The position numbers and the translations under genes are program-made. 64,000 bases of DNA from Acanthaster planci (lineage: Eukaryota): contig NW_019091361.1 of NCBI RefSeq assembly GCF_001949145.1, positions 3,768,148 through 3,832,147 on the forward strand, written 5' to 3'. Of the stretch, positions 23,101 to 37,041 are shown piece after piece (position 1 is the stretch's first letter; each line of letters opens with the position of its first letter). The notes beneath the pieces are model-generated. The model did no database searches. It saw only the letters and a program-made list of their open reading frames with translations, and was not told the origin of the DNA.

Positions 23101-25793
23101 ATGAAACGGCCCTGCAGGTCCATCACTGGTCATTCAATCTTTAAAGTCAACAATCTATTTCGAATGAACCTTGGTAAAGCTTTAGTAATTGGCAGCCCCT
23201 TACTGATGACGGGGGTGGAACTTGTTTGGAGAGGGTCGAACTTTTGAAAATGTTTGTATGTGACCTTTCATGCCCCTCCGGAGGGGTGAGGCTAAATTTG
23301 GGGGTTTTATACACACACTTTCGAGGGAAATGACATTCGCCTTTTTCGTTGTTCTCAAGAATATTTAGGGGAGGGAGATTTTCTTTTTCTGGTGCGTAGG
23401 CTGCCGGAGCCCCCCCCCTTCCCCAGCTCGCTTCCGAGTTTTTCTCGTCGGTGGATCTTTTTTGTGTGTGACTGTAATACACCGTAATTTTCAGAACAAT
23501 ACGCTGCTGCTTACGTTGATTCTCACACTGAAAATATCCAGGTTATACGGCAACATTTAAAAAATGAAATTGGTCTCGCCGCGCTGTGCCTGTTGCCGCC
23601 GCCGTGACCAGCTATGTGCCGCTTTGCAGGCTGCAAAGTGGTGTAGCGCTCCAGGCGCCCTGACAAGTCGGTCATGTTTTTGTTGGTTGCCATTTGCACT
23701 GGCTCTTCTCACGTATTGCAAATTGAAGGAAACCAGTCTAGAGAGACTGAATAGCCTCTTAAATTTACCGTAAGTACCATTCACACCTCAAAAATCGTCC
23801 ACATGTGGTGCGTCTGTTTGTTTTTGTCTTTTACGGTTGTGTAATCCACGTTGTTTATTATTTCACTGGTCATTTGGTGACTGTTTAAAAAACCGCTGCA
23901 TGGCCCACCCAGCAAGGACACTAATCAATATTTTACCTCCAACCTCACAAAAGGTGAAATCTAATCAAACTCAAATTATTTTGATTCATAAATGTTGATT
24001 TCTTATACCCGCTACAAAGTTCCGATAAAATTTTATTTGGGCCCGGTTTTCCGAATTTTCTTTCACAAGTGCAAAATGAACTCTTTCGAATGCGCCTCAA
24101 AATATTTTGTTACAAATTTTAATTAGGTGAAGGAGTGGAGGTTATAAGATTTTATCAATTTTATAGAGCTTCTGAAATTTGTGGAGTTTTCTGAGATTTT
24201 TAATAATAATGTTCACGCTACTCGCTCGTCACCCATGCGTCCGCTTGAGGGCGCTGGGGAAAGAGCAAGTTCATACCTGGCCAATTTACGACAAGCCGCC
24301 GTGAATATTCAAAACTGAAATATACAAGTTCGGTTCGCGACAAACATGCCACTTGTTCCAAAGAACATTATGATAGGCATTTGTATAAAAATGTGTTATC
24401 ACAGTGGCAAAAAATTCACTTTTGGGTTTGACGACCCCCCCGTCAGGTCAGGCAACGGGCCTGTTTTGGGGGACATGGCTGATTGCTTCATGATTGCTCC
24501 ATTTCGGAGACACCAACTCAACTGTCACGCATGGATGTGTAGTTAATCTGTATAAAAACTTTCCAGTTTCATTTACAATGTAAAAGTTCATTCAAACTCA
24601 ATGTTTTTCTTGCAGATGTTGATGGACTATAGCCCATTAGAAGCTGGGCTGGGACCATTCATCAAACTCGAAAAGTTCAGTTGGAAAAATACATCCAGCA
24701 AAAGAGGAATGTGCGAGGAGGATTTAAGCCAACTCACATATGGTTAGAATATCTTACCAGTGACCCAATCTAACAAAATGAGGTTTACGATTGGTGTTAA
24801 CAGTTAGAATATCGCATCAGTAGTTCATTCTAACAAAATTATACTTAACATTTAGGAGGACTCCCAACTCCCATGCAGTTAGGATATATCAGTGGCCCGA
24901 TCTAACAAAATGAGGCTTAGGCCTAAGTCACAAAGGCTTGTACCTTATGAGAGGACCCTCCATTACAAACCTATTTTCTACATCATTGGAGTATAACAGC
25001 TGTTATCCAGTCAAACAAAACGCCGAGGTTGGATATATGAGACCAAAAGTCCAAAACCAAATCCACAAGGTATCCGTTGCACGATATAAACCCATCACCA
25101 GAGCGGAAATGACAAGGCTTCGGAGATTCTTCATTCCCCCCCGCGCAAAAAAGTCACCCTTTTTCAGGAGGCCGACTTTGTTGGTAAGGCGGCCGTTCAG
25201 AAGGTGAAAGACGAGGGACTTCTGCGTAAACTGGTTCTGCTTACCGTTCCCAACACTGACAATGTTGACCCTGAAGGCAACGAGACACTCTGGCTGAATG
25301 GCAAGGCGAGGGGAAATGGTGGTCCTGATTGGTTGCTTCTTGTACATTACGGTAGCAATGGTAGCCCCAGTGACTTCGCCTTCATACCTAATCTTGAAGT
25401 CATGATTTAGAAATTTTCATCACAGTACTCATTTCGCATCAGGCAGACTATACATCGTTTATTTTAGTGACATTCACGTATTGTCTGTATTGTGAAAAAC
25501 TTTCAACATCATAAAAAACAGTACACCATTACTCACTTTGTGTTTGTGTGTAAAATAACCTTTTTAAAAAACTTTTTGGTCAAATTTATTGGTAGGTTGT
25601 CGGCAACACCACATCAGGCTGTTACAGCTTCCACCTCGGCCAGAGCATCTGCTTCGCTTACCTGCCCATGGAGCTGACGGCAGTTGGGACAGAGGTTGAA
25701 GCGGAGCTCTTGGGAAAGAAGTACCCCTCGATGATGACTGAGGAGCCCCTGGTGCTCAAAGAGCAAGTCAGAAGCAGGCAGAAATCCAAGTAA
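17148..25793 (+). pseudogene. DMGDH: 5'-truncated unprocessed DMGDH-like pseudogene (equivalents of exons 8-16 only)
   Basis: Exons 17148-17267, 18522-18676, 19066-19283, 19918-20048, 20458-20675, 22885-23042, 24616-24675, 25168-25305, 25596-25793 match the downstream copy in length. In-frame TAA at 20489-20491 (TAC in intact copy). Donor after 24675 reads ttcagt instead of gtcagt; donor after 25305 is GC. No exons 1-7 found upstream. Confidence 0.9.
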
Positions 25794-27121
25794 GAGGTGA
25801 GAGTGTCCAGCCATCGGATCAATGTTTACATAATAGGAATATCAAAGGAACGGTGCTATGGTTTTATCTGAGAATCACTTTTTGTGCATGTTTAAACTCT
25901 TCTTCTATGTATGAAAACCGATTTCTTAGAGTTCGCTGTGACGTAAAGTCAGGAAAACACTTTGGTTTGTACATGAATGGATGTTGAAATTTTGAACCTT
26001 AAATTTACTCTTTCAAAATTTTCTCGGAAAAAGTTGCTCACTGGATTTTTACCACCTGCAGCAATATATTGTCAAAGAAATTGACATTAAAAATCTTCGA
26101 CAGCGAAGTATATAAAATGTAGCGATTTTTGTGCACAGACCAATGCAACATTGAGGTACAGTGCTTGGCATTGCATGCACATCACAGTTCTGCTCATGAA
26201 CATGCAAATTTATGTTAGCACAAAAACCAAAAAGGACCCAAAATACAGATCATCATTGTGGCTATACGTAAAAATTTTGGAATCGGATCAGGCAATGAAT
26301 GTGTGCACATACCCTACAAGCCAGGTTGTCTTCCAAAGGATTAAAAGTGCAAGCTGGTTTCCAATCTTCATTCACACTGTTGACCTTGTGATGAAGGAGT
26401 CACTGTGGGAGCCAGTCCAGAAGTGATGAAAAGACGTACCTCACTTGTTATCACACACAATGTCACTGATTGACAACTGAGATTCGTTTATCTTTGAAGC
26501 AAGGAGATACTGCCCTTTTCAAATAAAGCCAGATGTTTATCCTGCGTTCATCTCTCACTTTGACTTTTATACAATCAAAAGGCCGATAAATGAATTGAAG
26601 TGTTTATAGATAAGATTTGAAGACGTATTTACACTCCAGGCTCCAAATGTATGATATGACTTGAGTAATCTAAGACTGTAAAATCTGTGGAGTGCTAGGG
26701 TGTCACATCTATGTGAGGGCATTATTTTAACTCGTGTTGAGAAGGCCGTTTGTATTATCCTCGACATCAGATTTAAACTTCAGAGGCAGCTCAAGACAAG
26801 GTGTTAGTTTTATCAAAAAACTGAATTATTTATGGAAACTAAAGAGAAACTGTAATTTATGCTTTAAAGGGGGAACAAACTGCCGTTGATATGAGAACAT
26901 TGTGTACTTAATGGTTCTGTCTTACTCGAATCAATATTTCTAGTCAATGACGCTCTGAACTCTGCCACGTGTTTCAGTGTATAATTGTCTCTTCCTTAGA
27001 ACTAACAAGGGCTAATTAAGTAATTGCTGATGTTGACCAACCTATCACACGTCCTTGGAAGTAGATAAACCAGCACGAGTCACCGTACAAGTCAAGTCTA
27101 ACGTAATATGTCTCATATTCA

Positions 27122-28668
27122 AGAGGCTGCCATCTGTAATCATGAATCGTGATTTGTGAACCCTCGTGAAGATGATCTCCTTAAGACAGAGAGCTCATTT
27201 TTTAAATCCAAAGCTGCTCTGTATTTGAACGGATTTTCCTGAGGGGGGGGGGTGTTGACAGATTTGTTGTTGTACTCCACTGCTGCGTGGGTCACCTTAG
27301 ATCTTTGTGCGTGACACCCTATAAGAAAATAATTTCCAGCAAGCCGGCATAAACACTGCATGGTCGTATTGGGCAAAAATGCAAAAGGAACTTTTTAATA
27401 GACCTGATTGGTCATGTTCCCTGAATCCGTCTCATTCCATGAACTCTTCTACACAAAGCATTTAGACTACTTTCTAACCCTTCCCTCACTGTCGTTTTTC
27501 AGTGTTGCTTAATTAAAAATGTTTAGAAATAATGAATTAACAATTTCAAATGTTTCATCAATGAAAATGAAATTTATCTGTAACATTTATTTCATTGCTA
27601 TAAATTTATTCTTTATTTCCCACAATAGAAAAAGTTAACTTCGCTTTCAGTTCAATAGGGCCGATTTGTGAATTCCCGCTTTATGTTGATGTAAGCCAAG
27701 GACCACAGCTTTGACGGTGTATTTATTTCCATATCCACAAGTCTCACACGCCGAACAGTATTTTTAATAAGTATTTGAATAAGTGGTGTGTATATAATTG
27801 GGTAATGAAAGAAAGCCTTGAAAATTTACTGAGGGTAACTATTTGGTGCACAGCAATGAAAATATGAAGAGACAGAATATAATTTGTACTCAATTTTTGT
27901 GCAATCTTTTTCGGTAAATTCGACATGATGAAATTTGGATAATTTTTGGACACTTACATTTAGGGCAATCACCCAAACAATGTTCTGAACATGATCCCGC
28001 ATGTTTTTTTTTTGTACTTCATTGTTTCATGACTTTGGGCATTGGTGGCATATGGTTTTCTATTGCTTTATAATTATTTAATCAGATGACGATCGTGCGA
28101 GGGTTTTGATACAGGAAGCAAAATACCATTATTTGTAAAAGTGGAGTATTACAAAGTTCTGGAGAAGCAGCTAAAAGTAAAGGGGTCTGTCACACGATTC
28201 AATGTGGCAGTCATCTTCATTGGGTGTGATGTAATTTCTACATGTGCTCTGACGGAGAAAGTGGTCTTCCATTTCTTTATATGCGGCACACTAAATATAG
28301 CCTTCTTCTTACGGCTTGACAGTTTTTCAGAACCGTCGCCACAAACTCGTTTGTCCTGAATTACATAAATTCACTTATGCCATCTCGATACTTTACTGTG
28401 CCCTCTCAAACATTGTATGATCGCCTTTAAAATGGAATACATTTAGCAAATTAAGTTTGGAAGGACAAAAAAGAAGGGGAAATCAATGTTTGTTTTGGTT
28501 TTCCCGTTTATTATTCACGGATTGTAGCCACACAGCCGGTGAACGAAACAGTGGTCACTAGGCTGAGAGGTGGGGAAGTCTATTTTCAAATTAGTTCGAA
28601 GTTCCTGACGGGGGTGTTTCTATAAACAGAATCAAGTCTAACAATCAAAATCAACTTAGTGTAACACA
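27122..28668 (+). repeat. Diverged non-coding segmental duplication, copy 2
   Basis: Collinear similarity blocks with 14340-16805; this copy is shorter. Confidence 0.85.
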
Positions 28669-29009
28669 TGTTATAGACAAATCTCACGAGACACCGTTTT
28701 CTGCGGGGAGGACATCGCACTCACGGATGTCTCAACTTCAGCGCGCGCGAGAGAGCACCTTGGCAGGTGGTCTAGATACCCTAATGGTCAGAGAGGAATG
28801 TAACGCGCGTGTACCACCTGCGTGCGAACAGGAAGGCCTGGCTCGCAGTAATATCAGGATTCGTCTATATTGATGAGACTTCAAACAAGTAAGGTTGACA
28901 GCTAATCTAGCAGAATGTTACAGTGTATGCTTTTTGCCATGCTAGATTTGAAGGCAAAATTGTTACCAACTATGCCTGTTAGCTGCATAGTTGGCAGATG
29001 GCGCACCAT

Positions 29010-30755
29010 CTACCACTGGAGGGTAAATCTGCCAGAGGTTTTGCTACCCACACCCTTCACCTTGATCTTTGTTTTGGCCGAGAAAGAGTTGGAAGTCTTC
29101 CTGACGTCGACCAGAGACACGCATACCTTGATGCCACTCTTTTTGCCGCAAGATTCATACTTGTCGTCAGTTACTGACAAATGACAATGAAAGAAAGAAA
29201 TGAGAAAATACCACAGTACATGTATTTTAAAGGAAAACGTAAAATTTCTGTTTCATGTAATCTACCGTTGATGAACAATTCAGCTAATTTCTCCATGTGG
29301 ACCGGACTTATGTTTCCAAATATTGTCCTTGTAATTTTGATGGTGCATGCTGTTGATAAAAACACAGGGGGAAGGGGGCTCAGTGGGACCCCTGCGCGCC
29401 CCACCCCCCGGTGTGCCACTGGTAGGTTTTAAGGCCATGATCTTTATCAAACCGAGAATGGGTGTACCTACCTAAAAATGAAGCACTAGTGACAGTACTT
29501 CCCAGGAACTTCAGAGCCATCTTAATACTGTTGGCACTGTACTCCATCGTAGCGCAGGCTGTAACAGTCAACCGTACAATAAAAAATTAACAATCACCTC
29601 CTAGTTTGCTGAAACACTTACACGAACAGTCGAAAGTACTTGAAATGAGCAAGCTGTGCGTGACGACGGGATTAAAGGTGAGATAACTCGAAGTCGAGGT
29701 TTTAAGAAGTTTATACATGTACGATAACCAGTCTGAGAATGAACTTGACAGCGAAGTGTGAACACCTTGTATTAGGTGGTCGCGTTGATCATCACAAGTA
29801 AATGTGAACCCGTGTTTTTCAGAAGCAAACTGTATGATTATAACTGTATCGATACATCTGATTTTATGAAATAAAGCTGGAGTAACATGATTGTCACTAT
29901 GAGTCCGTCGAGGCTGTCTTGCCTGGCGGATGTCAGTCTTCGTTCCAAGACGTTACTAATAATTAATACTAGCTGTGTACGTGCAGTGAGTTTTGCCAGT
30001 CAACAGAGGGCGCTATGTGACGGCTAATTGTGAAAGCTTATCCACAGACATAAATAACCTTATTAGGTTATTACCTTATTAGGTTATTTATGTCTAATAG
30101 ATTATTGTACGAATACAGACCTCGTCCGTCACATAGCGTCCTCTGTTGACTGGCAAAATATACCGCGCTAAAGCGTTCACGGATAGTAACGTCTTGGAAC
30201 CAAGACTAGGCTGATGTATGCCCGCACATACGCAAGACATTAATTAAATGGTACATTCGGTCCACACGAGACACAGTTCAAGTACATTGCCATTTTGTTT
30301 CTGTAGGAATGCCAATCCAATTGAAATAATTGTTGATTGTACTGAGTAATTTCTTAGCACTAATACAATTCAAAACACGGCTTACCCACCATTGATCTTT
30401 TTGCCAACGACCTTGAATCCGAGGCAACATTTGCACGACCCACTTGAGCAACTGCAACCGTTGGAGTCCAAATAGTTTTTCGTGGCCTCCTTCCAATCTG
30501 GAATAAAATTTAGGGGTCGGGGAATGACAACCACCGGATCATGTCCCAAAATTTAGTGCGCAAAATGAGATTAGAACAGATGAAATGATACGAGATAAGA
30601 CAAGGAAACACACAAAAGGGCACTGGACCTAAATTACCTGAAAGTTTGCAAAACGTACCTTTGTAAGTCGGTGCCTTGTCTCCGTCCTCCCAAGCCTTTG
30701 TCTCCTGTGTGTAAGCCACAAGCAGGACTACGGCGACCACCAAGAACAGCTTCAT
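29010..30755 (-). CDS. Small secreted Cys/Lys-rich protein, DUF4773-like (151 or 158 aa)
   Basis: Minus-strand exons 30755-30659 (or -30638 with an alternative donor), 30497-30390, 29558-29472, 29173-29010 (TAG); all phase-1 GT-AG introns. Protein: MKLFLVVAVVLLVAYTQETKAWEDGDKAPTYK(GTFCKLS)DWKEATKNYLDSNGCSCSSGSCKCCLGFKVVGKKINACATMEYSANSIKMALKFLGSTVTSASFLVTDDKYESCGKKSGIKVCVSLVDVRKTSNSFSAKTKIKVKGVGSKTSGRFTLQW. Clear signal peptide; CxCx4CxCC motif. Family call is from pattern memory. Confidence 0.8.
29935..30207. mobile_element. Palindromic MITE-like element in intron 2 of the small gene
   Basis: agtcttcgttccaagacgttacta / tagtaacgtcttggaaccaagact termini; inner ttttgccagtcaacagagggcgctatgtgacgg / ccgtcacatagcgtcctctgttgactggcaaaa. 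Confidence 0.8.
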
Positions 30756-30844
30756 GTTGATACAACTAGGCCTATACCTACAGATGATGATCTTGGATAT
30801 AAGAACCCGCGCCCAAATACGCTGGGCCCGGTTTGGGGCATCGG

Positions 30845-30906
30845 TCTTATACCGCTGCGACAGCGTGTTGACCAAGGCTCCGAACTTCAAGAGCAGCGCT
30901 GATTGG
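30845..30906 (-). promoter_or_regulatory. Putative TATA (TATAAGA, 30851-30845) and CCAAT (30906-30902) boxes of the small secreted protein gene
   Basis: Correct strand, order and spacing, about 90 and 150 nt upstream of the ATG at 30755. Confidence 0.45.
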
Positions 30907-33900
30907 TTAAACATCATCCCCCTGAACTGTATACCACCTCCAAACATGGAAGCGTCTATTTGCAATACGTAACAGGGGTGGCTTAAGTCGCCGCTTGGCT
31001 AAGGGTGTCATGTAGTTTTGAAAGTAGTCTTTTACTCTAAACGGTTATTTTTGTCCACTTGAAAACTGTAGTCTAAAAAGAATGGATTTCATACAAAAGT
31101 CAGAAAAAGCGTTTTTTAATTTTTTTTATCGGCTGGCTAATCCACAAGCTGCAACAAAAGTCTCCAGTCTCCTAAACTGCACTGAAACCACCTTCCTCGA
31201 TTTTGAGCTTGTTAATTAAATAATGCAGTTTTCCGGCGCCGGCCTTGCAATGTGTGAGTCCGCTTCATGGCAACGTATTGAAGGTAGAGAGTTTTCAAGG
31301 ATACTTGGCGTGCACTAGTCCGCTATGAACACACACGAGCTCATGCACTGATATAAGAAAAGATGAACTAGGAAACGCATGATCCCATAATCGAGACACT
31401 CCAGTTTGGAGGTTACAACTTTGAGAACAGGAAGTGTCAAATATTGAGTTGAAGTGAACACATGAATTTCATTTTCTTGCAAAGTCTTCGCGATACAAAA
31501 AAGTGTATTTGCACATTTTCCCTTAATCAGCCGTCTATTATGATCCGCCCTACATCCTTTTATAACAACCCCTTTATAACATGAGACATTTAAACGACAA
31601 CAGTGAATCTAGGACATAGTTACAACTGTAACAATGGGTTTGTTTCATCACTTTCAATAAAACAAACCGAAGACTAAATGGCCTTTTTAAAAGGTGATTT
31701 TGGACTTTCACGTTATAAAGAAAATGGCCGTATAGATCTCCAAACTTATCAATTTGACTCAAGAGGCAGCAACACCACAATTGATTGACAACACGGCAAC
31801 AGAAACATCAACAATAACTTTTTCCCTCCTCCACAAATATCTCTTTTAACTTAAAAAAACCCAACCCATTCTGCAAAGAATAATCTGTTATCAATTGTGG
31901 ACGTAAAGGTTTTTTAGAGGATTTATTTGAGGGGTTATTTTTTAATTAAACCAAGTATTCTACAAAACTCCGGTCCAACCAACAAAAGTCGAATTAAACA
32001 GCGAGATTCAGTCGAACAATAGCGCTCTCTGATAATATTGCCGTATACTTCGCAGAGGAGTTGATGGTTGGTGCCACAACAGTTAACAGTAAGCAATTTT
32101 TTTATTCGATGACTTGGAAACTGCGTGAGATATTTTTGAGTTATTCTTTACAGTTTCCTTTAGATTGAAAGCCAGCCACAATTTGCCGACCACCCAAAAC
32201 ACTCAAATGACGGAAAAAGTGAGGGATATATATGAAGATTTGAAATGTCCGCTGAAGATATCTTGTGCACCCTCCGATTATAGGCTCTCCAGAGAGTGAC
32301 CATGCTCAGGAGGCGGGGAAAAGGCTTGTTGCGATGTTTGCAATCTGTTTATCGCCTTGTTTGCTGCTCAACTTGAAGTTAATTCTGTGTAACACAGGCT
32401 CACTTTGCTGCAGCTTCACCTTGAACTGTAATCTCTCTGTCCCATCTGGACCGTGTCAGGTGATGATGATGTTGGTAGTGACCTCAAAGGCCGCCCCGCC
32501 TGGACAAAGGACAGGCCAACACGCTTGCTACCTTGACGGTTATCAACGGAAAGCACTTTTATATGCATACCTTGGTGAAACTACCCTGGGGAAAAAATTC
32601 AACGATATTTGATCCACCAGTACTTTGCGATATTCCCGAAGCAGTCCCTGTAAATCAACCATCAGTACCTTACATTTTGGCAATGAGAGTTAGTTTACCT
32701 CAAGTAGACTTTTAATTTCGACGTCACATAAACATGTACATGTATGCATTCCGTGAAGCTGAATGCTTGATATAATCATAATCTGACCTCAAAAATCCAG
32801 TTTTCACCACAATTAACCTTGAATCTGATATACGTGTGTGAATGTAGCTTGAACGTATACCAGTAAATCCACATTAGCGAACCTTGTTTGAAGACCCCAG
32901 TGGGGCAAAGACAAAAATTAAACATAAAATTATGGTTTTGCCGTTGCAAGCCCTAATTTTTTTTTCTAGCAACAATCACTCAAGGAAGGAAACCGTTGTC
33001 TCATGGTGTACGTTCACACAATCAACCTTATCAACTTTGAACTGATGTCCTTATAGAAATAGTGACTTTTCAAGGATGTCCGGTGGTCGCTTTCGACCTT
33101 ATTAATTAGAACGGATATAGCCCAGCAAGGCCTTTTGCCTGGGTCATTAGGACGATTCGGTTTCGCACAGGGAATGGAGATCTGTATGCGATTAGCAACC
33201 CTTTCTTTCAGAAGTCACCGTAAGGTTAATAGATATTGTGCAGGACAAAAAATTCTGTGGCTGTGCGCGGTTTGCTGCTGCTTTGCAAATTCTATCAGCA
33301 AATACACGGCAGAGAAGGAAAAGAATTCGACTAGTTTAAATGGCGGGGATGTTAATGCTGGTTTCATACTTCACGCGAATGCGAAAGCGAAGCGAATTAG
33401 ACGTCGTGAGATTTGTAGCGAAATTCTGTTCCAGTTAAAATGTGTTCAACTTATGCGAATTCGGCGTAGCGCAATTAATTAATATTTGATCCGAAAAAAA
33501 ATTTGCATTCATGTTTCCTTTCGCATGGAGTATGAACCGGCCTTTAGTGAAACGGAATTCTGTCCGTTCTTGAACACGATTTTTCCAGTGTCAGTGATAT
33601 GCTGTTTGCCTATTGTACGAATGCGTTACAGATTTGCGAAATGAAGCCGCCACTAAGTCAAGTATTGTTTGACTTTTTGCTCGACGGAGTACGAGGTAGA
33701 CAGGGAGGTATTGTTAGCGATTACACCACTGAAGCGATCGCTATCATGAAGAATGACCCCCAGTGATTTAGTTTCAGCACTCCCCGCCCCCCTCCCCCAA
33801 GTAGTAAAGTAATGTGATACATGTACTTTTGGACCATCTCTCTGAAATCTCTCTCCAAAGCCACCGTTCTGAAATCTCTATTACCACGCTAAGATTAACT

Positions 33901-36900
33901 CCGGTTCAATGGACACATTTACTCTCGCATTCTCACGCTGGAAAACCTCACTTTTGTTTTTTGTTTTTTGTATTTTCGTTTTTTCCTTTGTTAGTGAAGC
34001 TAATTTCTCTTTTGAAAATTTAGTCCCCTCTGAAGCCATTTATCTTTGCTGCAATTATGTACACAGTGTTGGTCCCTCTACTTTCAAAGCTTGTCACAGA
34101 ATCAGGATCTGCACTAACTTGGGCATTTGTCAACCAAATGAAGCAATTAAAACGGGTCCTGTGGTTTTATAACTTCATATTAAATTTAACATAAGTGATA
34201 CCTACTACTCCCAACACCGTTCCTAATTCTCCGAGCCCTTGTTGTATGTAATTGAATGTTGTAAAAACAAGCCTCTTATTTTCTGGGGGTATAGATGCAC
34301 TATCGTTTGTCTCACTCTTCCACGATTTATTTTTTTTTCACCCAGATCAAGTCGCTGACAAACAGTCAGTCTGGTGTTCGTGCCTTTAATTCGGTTCAAC
34401 TGATGAGATAAAGAGTATTTCATCGAAATTCGAACACACTGACGAATAAAGATAAGTAGGTGAATTCTCCAAAAAGGAAATTCCTTCCTAGGCAGTTATG
34501 TCATTTGATGCATAGGACAGGTGTGGGCGTTGTGCATTTCACGCATTCCTCTTTGCAGAGCTTGGTTCAAAAAATTCCCGTAGAGACAGTCTTTACACTT
34601 GCTGTTATATAAGTTTCAACACATTTTCTATTCATATAGACCAACTGTTCGTATGTATTAAAATAATGTTAATAAGTCATCGCATAAGTTAAACAGAATC
34701 CGCGGCAGAGTAAGGATACAAACAAATATAGACCGCTTTATCTCGTGGTGTAGGCCTAGTACATCCATGGGCGAAAAACCCGGGGGGACAAGTCCCCCAA
34801 TGAATTTGGTACAAGGGGACACAATGTCGAATGTCCCCTCCATGCTTTAAGCAAAACAAAATTCTAAAGGACTTGATGGATCGAGGATTCCCCACTTTAA
34901 GTTTTTATAAAATAATGGAATAACATAATAAACAAGATTTGCACAAAAAGTGTAAATTCATGTCCCCCCCACACTCGAGGAGAGATTTCCGCCCATGAGT
35001 ACATCTACCCTTCCATGACGAGCCATAGAGCATTCTCTTTCCTGAGACTTTTATTAAGTTTTGAGGTATCTTTTGTAACCTAGCTCATGTCTGAAAGGAA
35101 CTGTTTCAGCTGAAAATAACACATGCCACAAATGAAGCCGGAATAACTTCCAACAGACTCCGGTACCTCACAGCCAATTTGTGAGGGCGTTAAACCGATC
35201 TGTTCCTGTACTCTGTACTGGACTTTAGAAACGTAAGTTCGTTAACCCTTTTTATAGGAGGTGTAGACGGAGCTGTCTTTGCTGCATCCACATTTTTAAT
35301 TTATAGGTATTCGTCTCCTTGACGATACCATCGAAGACTGACAAGGCAAGTTCACGGTAAGTCTTGATTTTAACTTGGACTGTGCTCGGACTTGTTCTTT
35401 GCTCAAAGTTTTCTAGCCAATGGGCACTGGACGTACGTACGTCGGTACCAACCTGGGCCGTGTACTGGTGGCCTACGGGCGGTTGTCACTACTATGGTGG
35501 TCTATATCTGCCCCACATCTCGGGATACGTTTCAAAATTTTTGTTAAAATTTGTAATTTGCATGGTAGCAGTCTTGCAGACACTTTGTTTTGTACCACAG
35601 GGAAACCTTCGTAGTACGTATACATACGTATTGCATTGACCTGCAAGATGGCAGCCATGCAAACCTTCTATATCAAATTTGTTTACCAGATGGCTATGAG
35701 GTGGCATGTTGATATTAATTATTTAACAGGGTTGTGCATATCAGATTATTTATCTAATACTTCAGTTTTCTGGCCAATTTCATCAAGCATAATATAACTA
35801 AAAAGGATATAACTGATTTTCACGTTTTATATATGTAACTTATTGTCGGTTTTCATTATCAGTAGTGACCTTTGTGACTGCATTATTTACAAATAATTGT
35901 CAGCATCGTGTCATTATTTATAAATAATATCATTTGATACTGAATTACCAATAATGTTTGGAGCAACTGAATTATTTTTTAAAGTTAGTACTTTTATTGA
36001 AAAATTCCTATTCCTATAAATAAAAGGCCTAAAGACTTTTTGATTTATACTGATCTCTTTTCTTACCTTCCTACTTCTTAATGATTATTAACAAAGAAAC
36101 GATGCAGTTATACAAATTTCATTATAGTTACATTTGATAAGAGTTGGCAAACATTTATTTACATATAATTGTTCAAGACGAAATGTGTCATATGTCAGGG
36201 TATAATCAGTTGGGCAGAAAACTGAATGTTATGATTAATAGTTATGAGAGTAATTTTTACTTATTCATACTTGGCACCTCATAACAATCTAATTAAAACA
36301 TCTGATAACTTTTTTTTTCATTTTTAATGTGAGATACTTGAGAGGATAGAGAGGCGAGAGATTTAAACGGGAGCAGCCTAGTGTCGTAACTTGCCTCTCC
36401 CGTGCCCTCGGCTGCCCGTGTGCGACCTGGACATAATATTAGTAAGAACATCGTTGAACATGACGCTGTGCATAAGCCCGGCCGGCCGGCCGGCCGTGCA
36501 CGAGTAGCACTGGCTACAATCCTGGACAAACCTCGTTTGAACATTGCACCCCCTTGCCCCCTGTCATTTTTTTGGTTACTTTTTTTGCCCCCTGTCATTT
36601 GTTTTTTTACTCGTTGGGTAAGTTGGGCCCAATCTTGGTCCAATAAAACAATGAGCGCAACAATTAATGAACGGGGGAGAGGGGGGGGGGATCTTTTCAC
36701 CGCGCTTCCCACGAGGTGTTCCAACTATTTTGTCCAGGATTAATTGTAGCACTGCATCACAAGCAGTACTGACCTAGTACCTGCACTGAACCATGACTGG
36801 ACATAATTGCTTGGCACAGCACGATGAATAGGAATGAAGAGGCAGATAGATTGCCGAACAGTTGAAAATCCTTCGAAAATTGTTCAAAAACATCAGTTCT

Positions 36901-37041
36901 TGATTCTTGAAGCAGGTAAAATTTGCCTCAGTGACCTAAATAAGTATGATTAAAAGGCATCTGTCAATTTCCTTGTTTGCTAAGACCTTAGTGGCAGTCG
37001 CAATCAGGATGTTTCCCGGCCTTCACCACTTCGTGCATTCC

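Noticed and set aside
24742..24920. Degenerate about 60-nt repeats (gttagaatatc...tctaacaaaat)
   Set aside because: Short decayed intronic tandem repeat with no evidence of function
17148..25793. Uncollapsed allelic haplotype or retrocopy of DMGDH
   Set aside because: Introns are present and too diverged for alleles, and there are many amino-acid differences
36478..36497. (CCGG)n GC-rich tract and nearby ORFs 36293-36743 as a separate gene
   Set aside because: No recognisable protein or consistent splice structure; it may be promoter or repeat sequence, but this cannot be supported further
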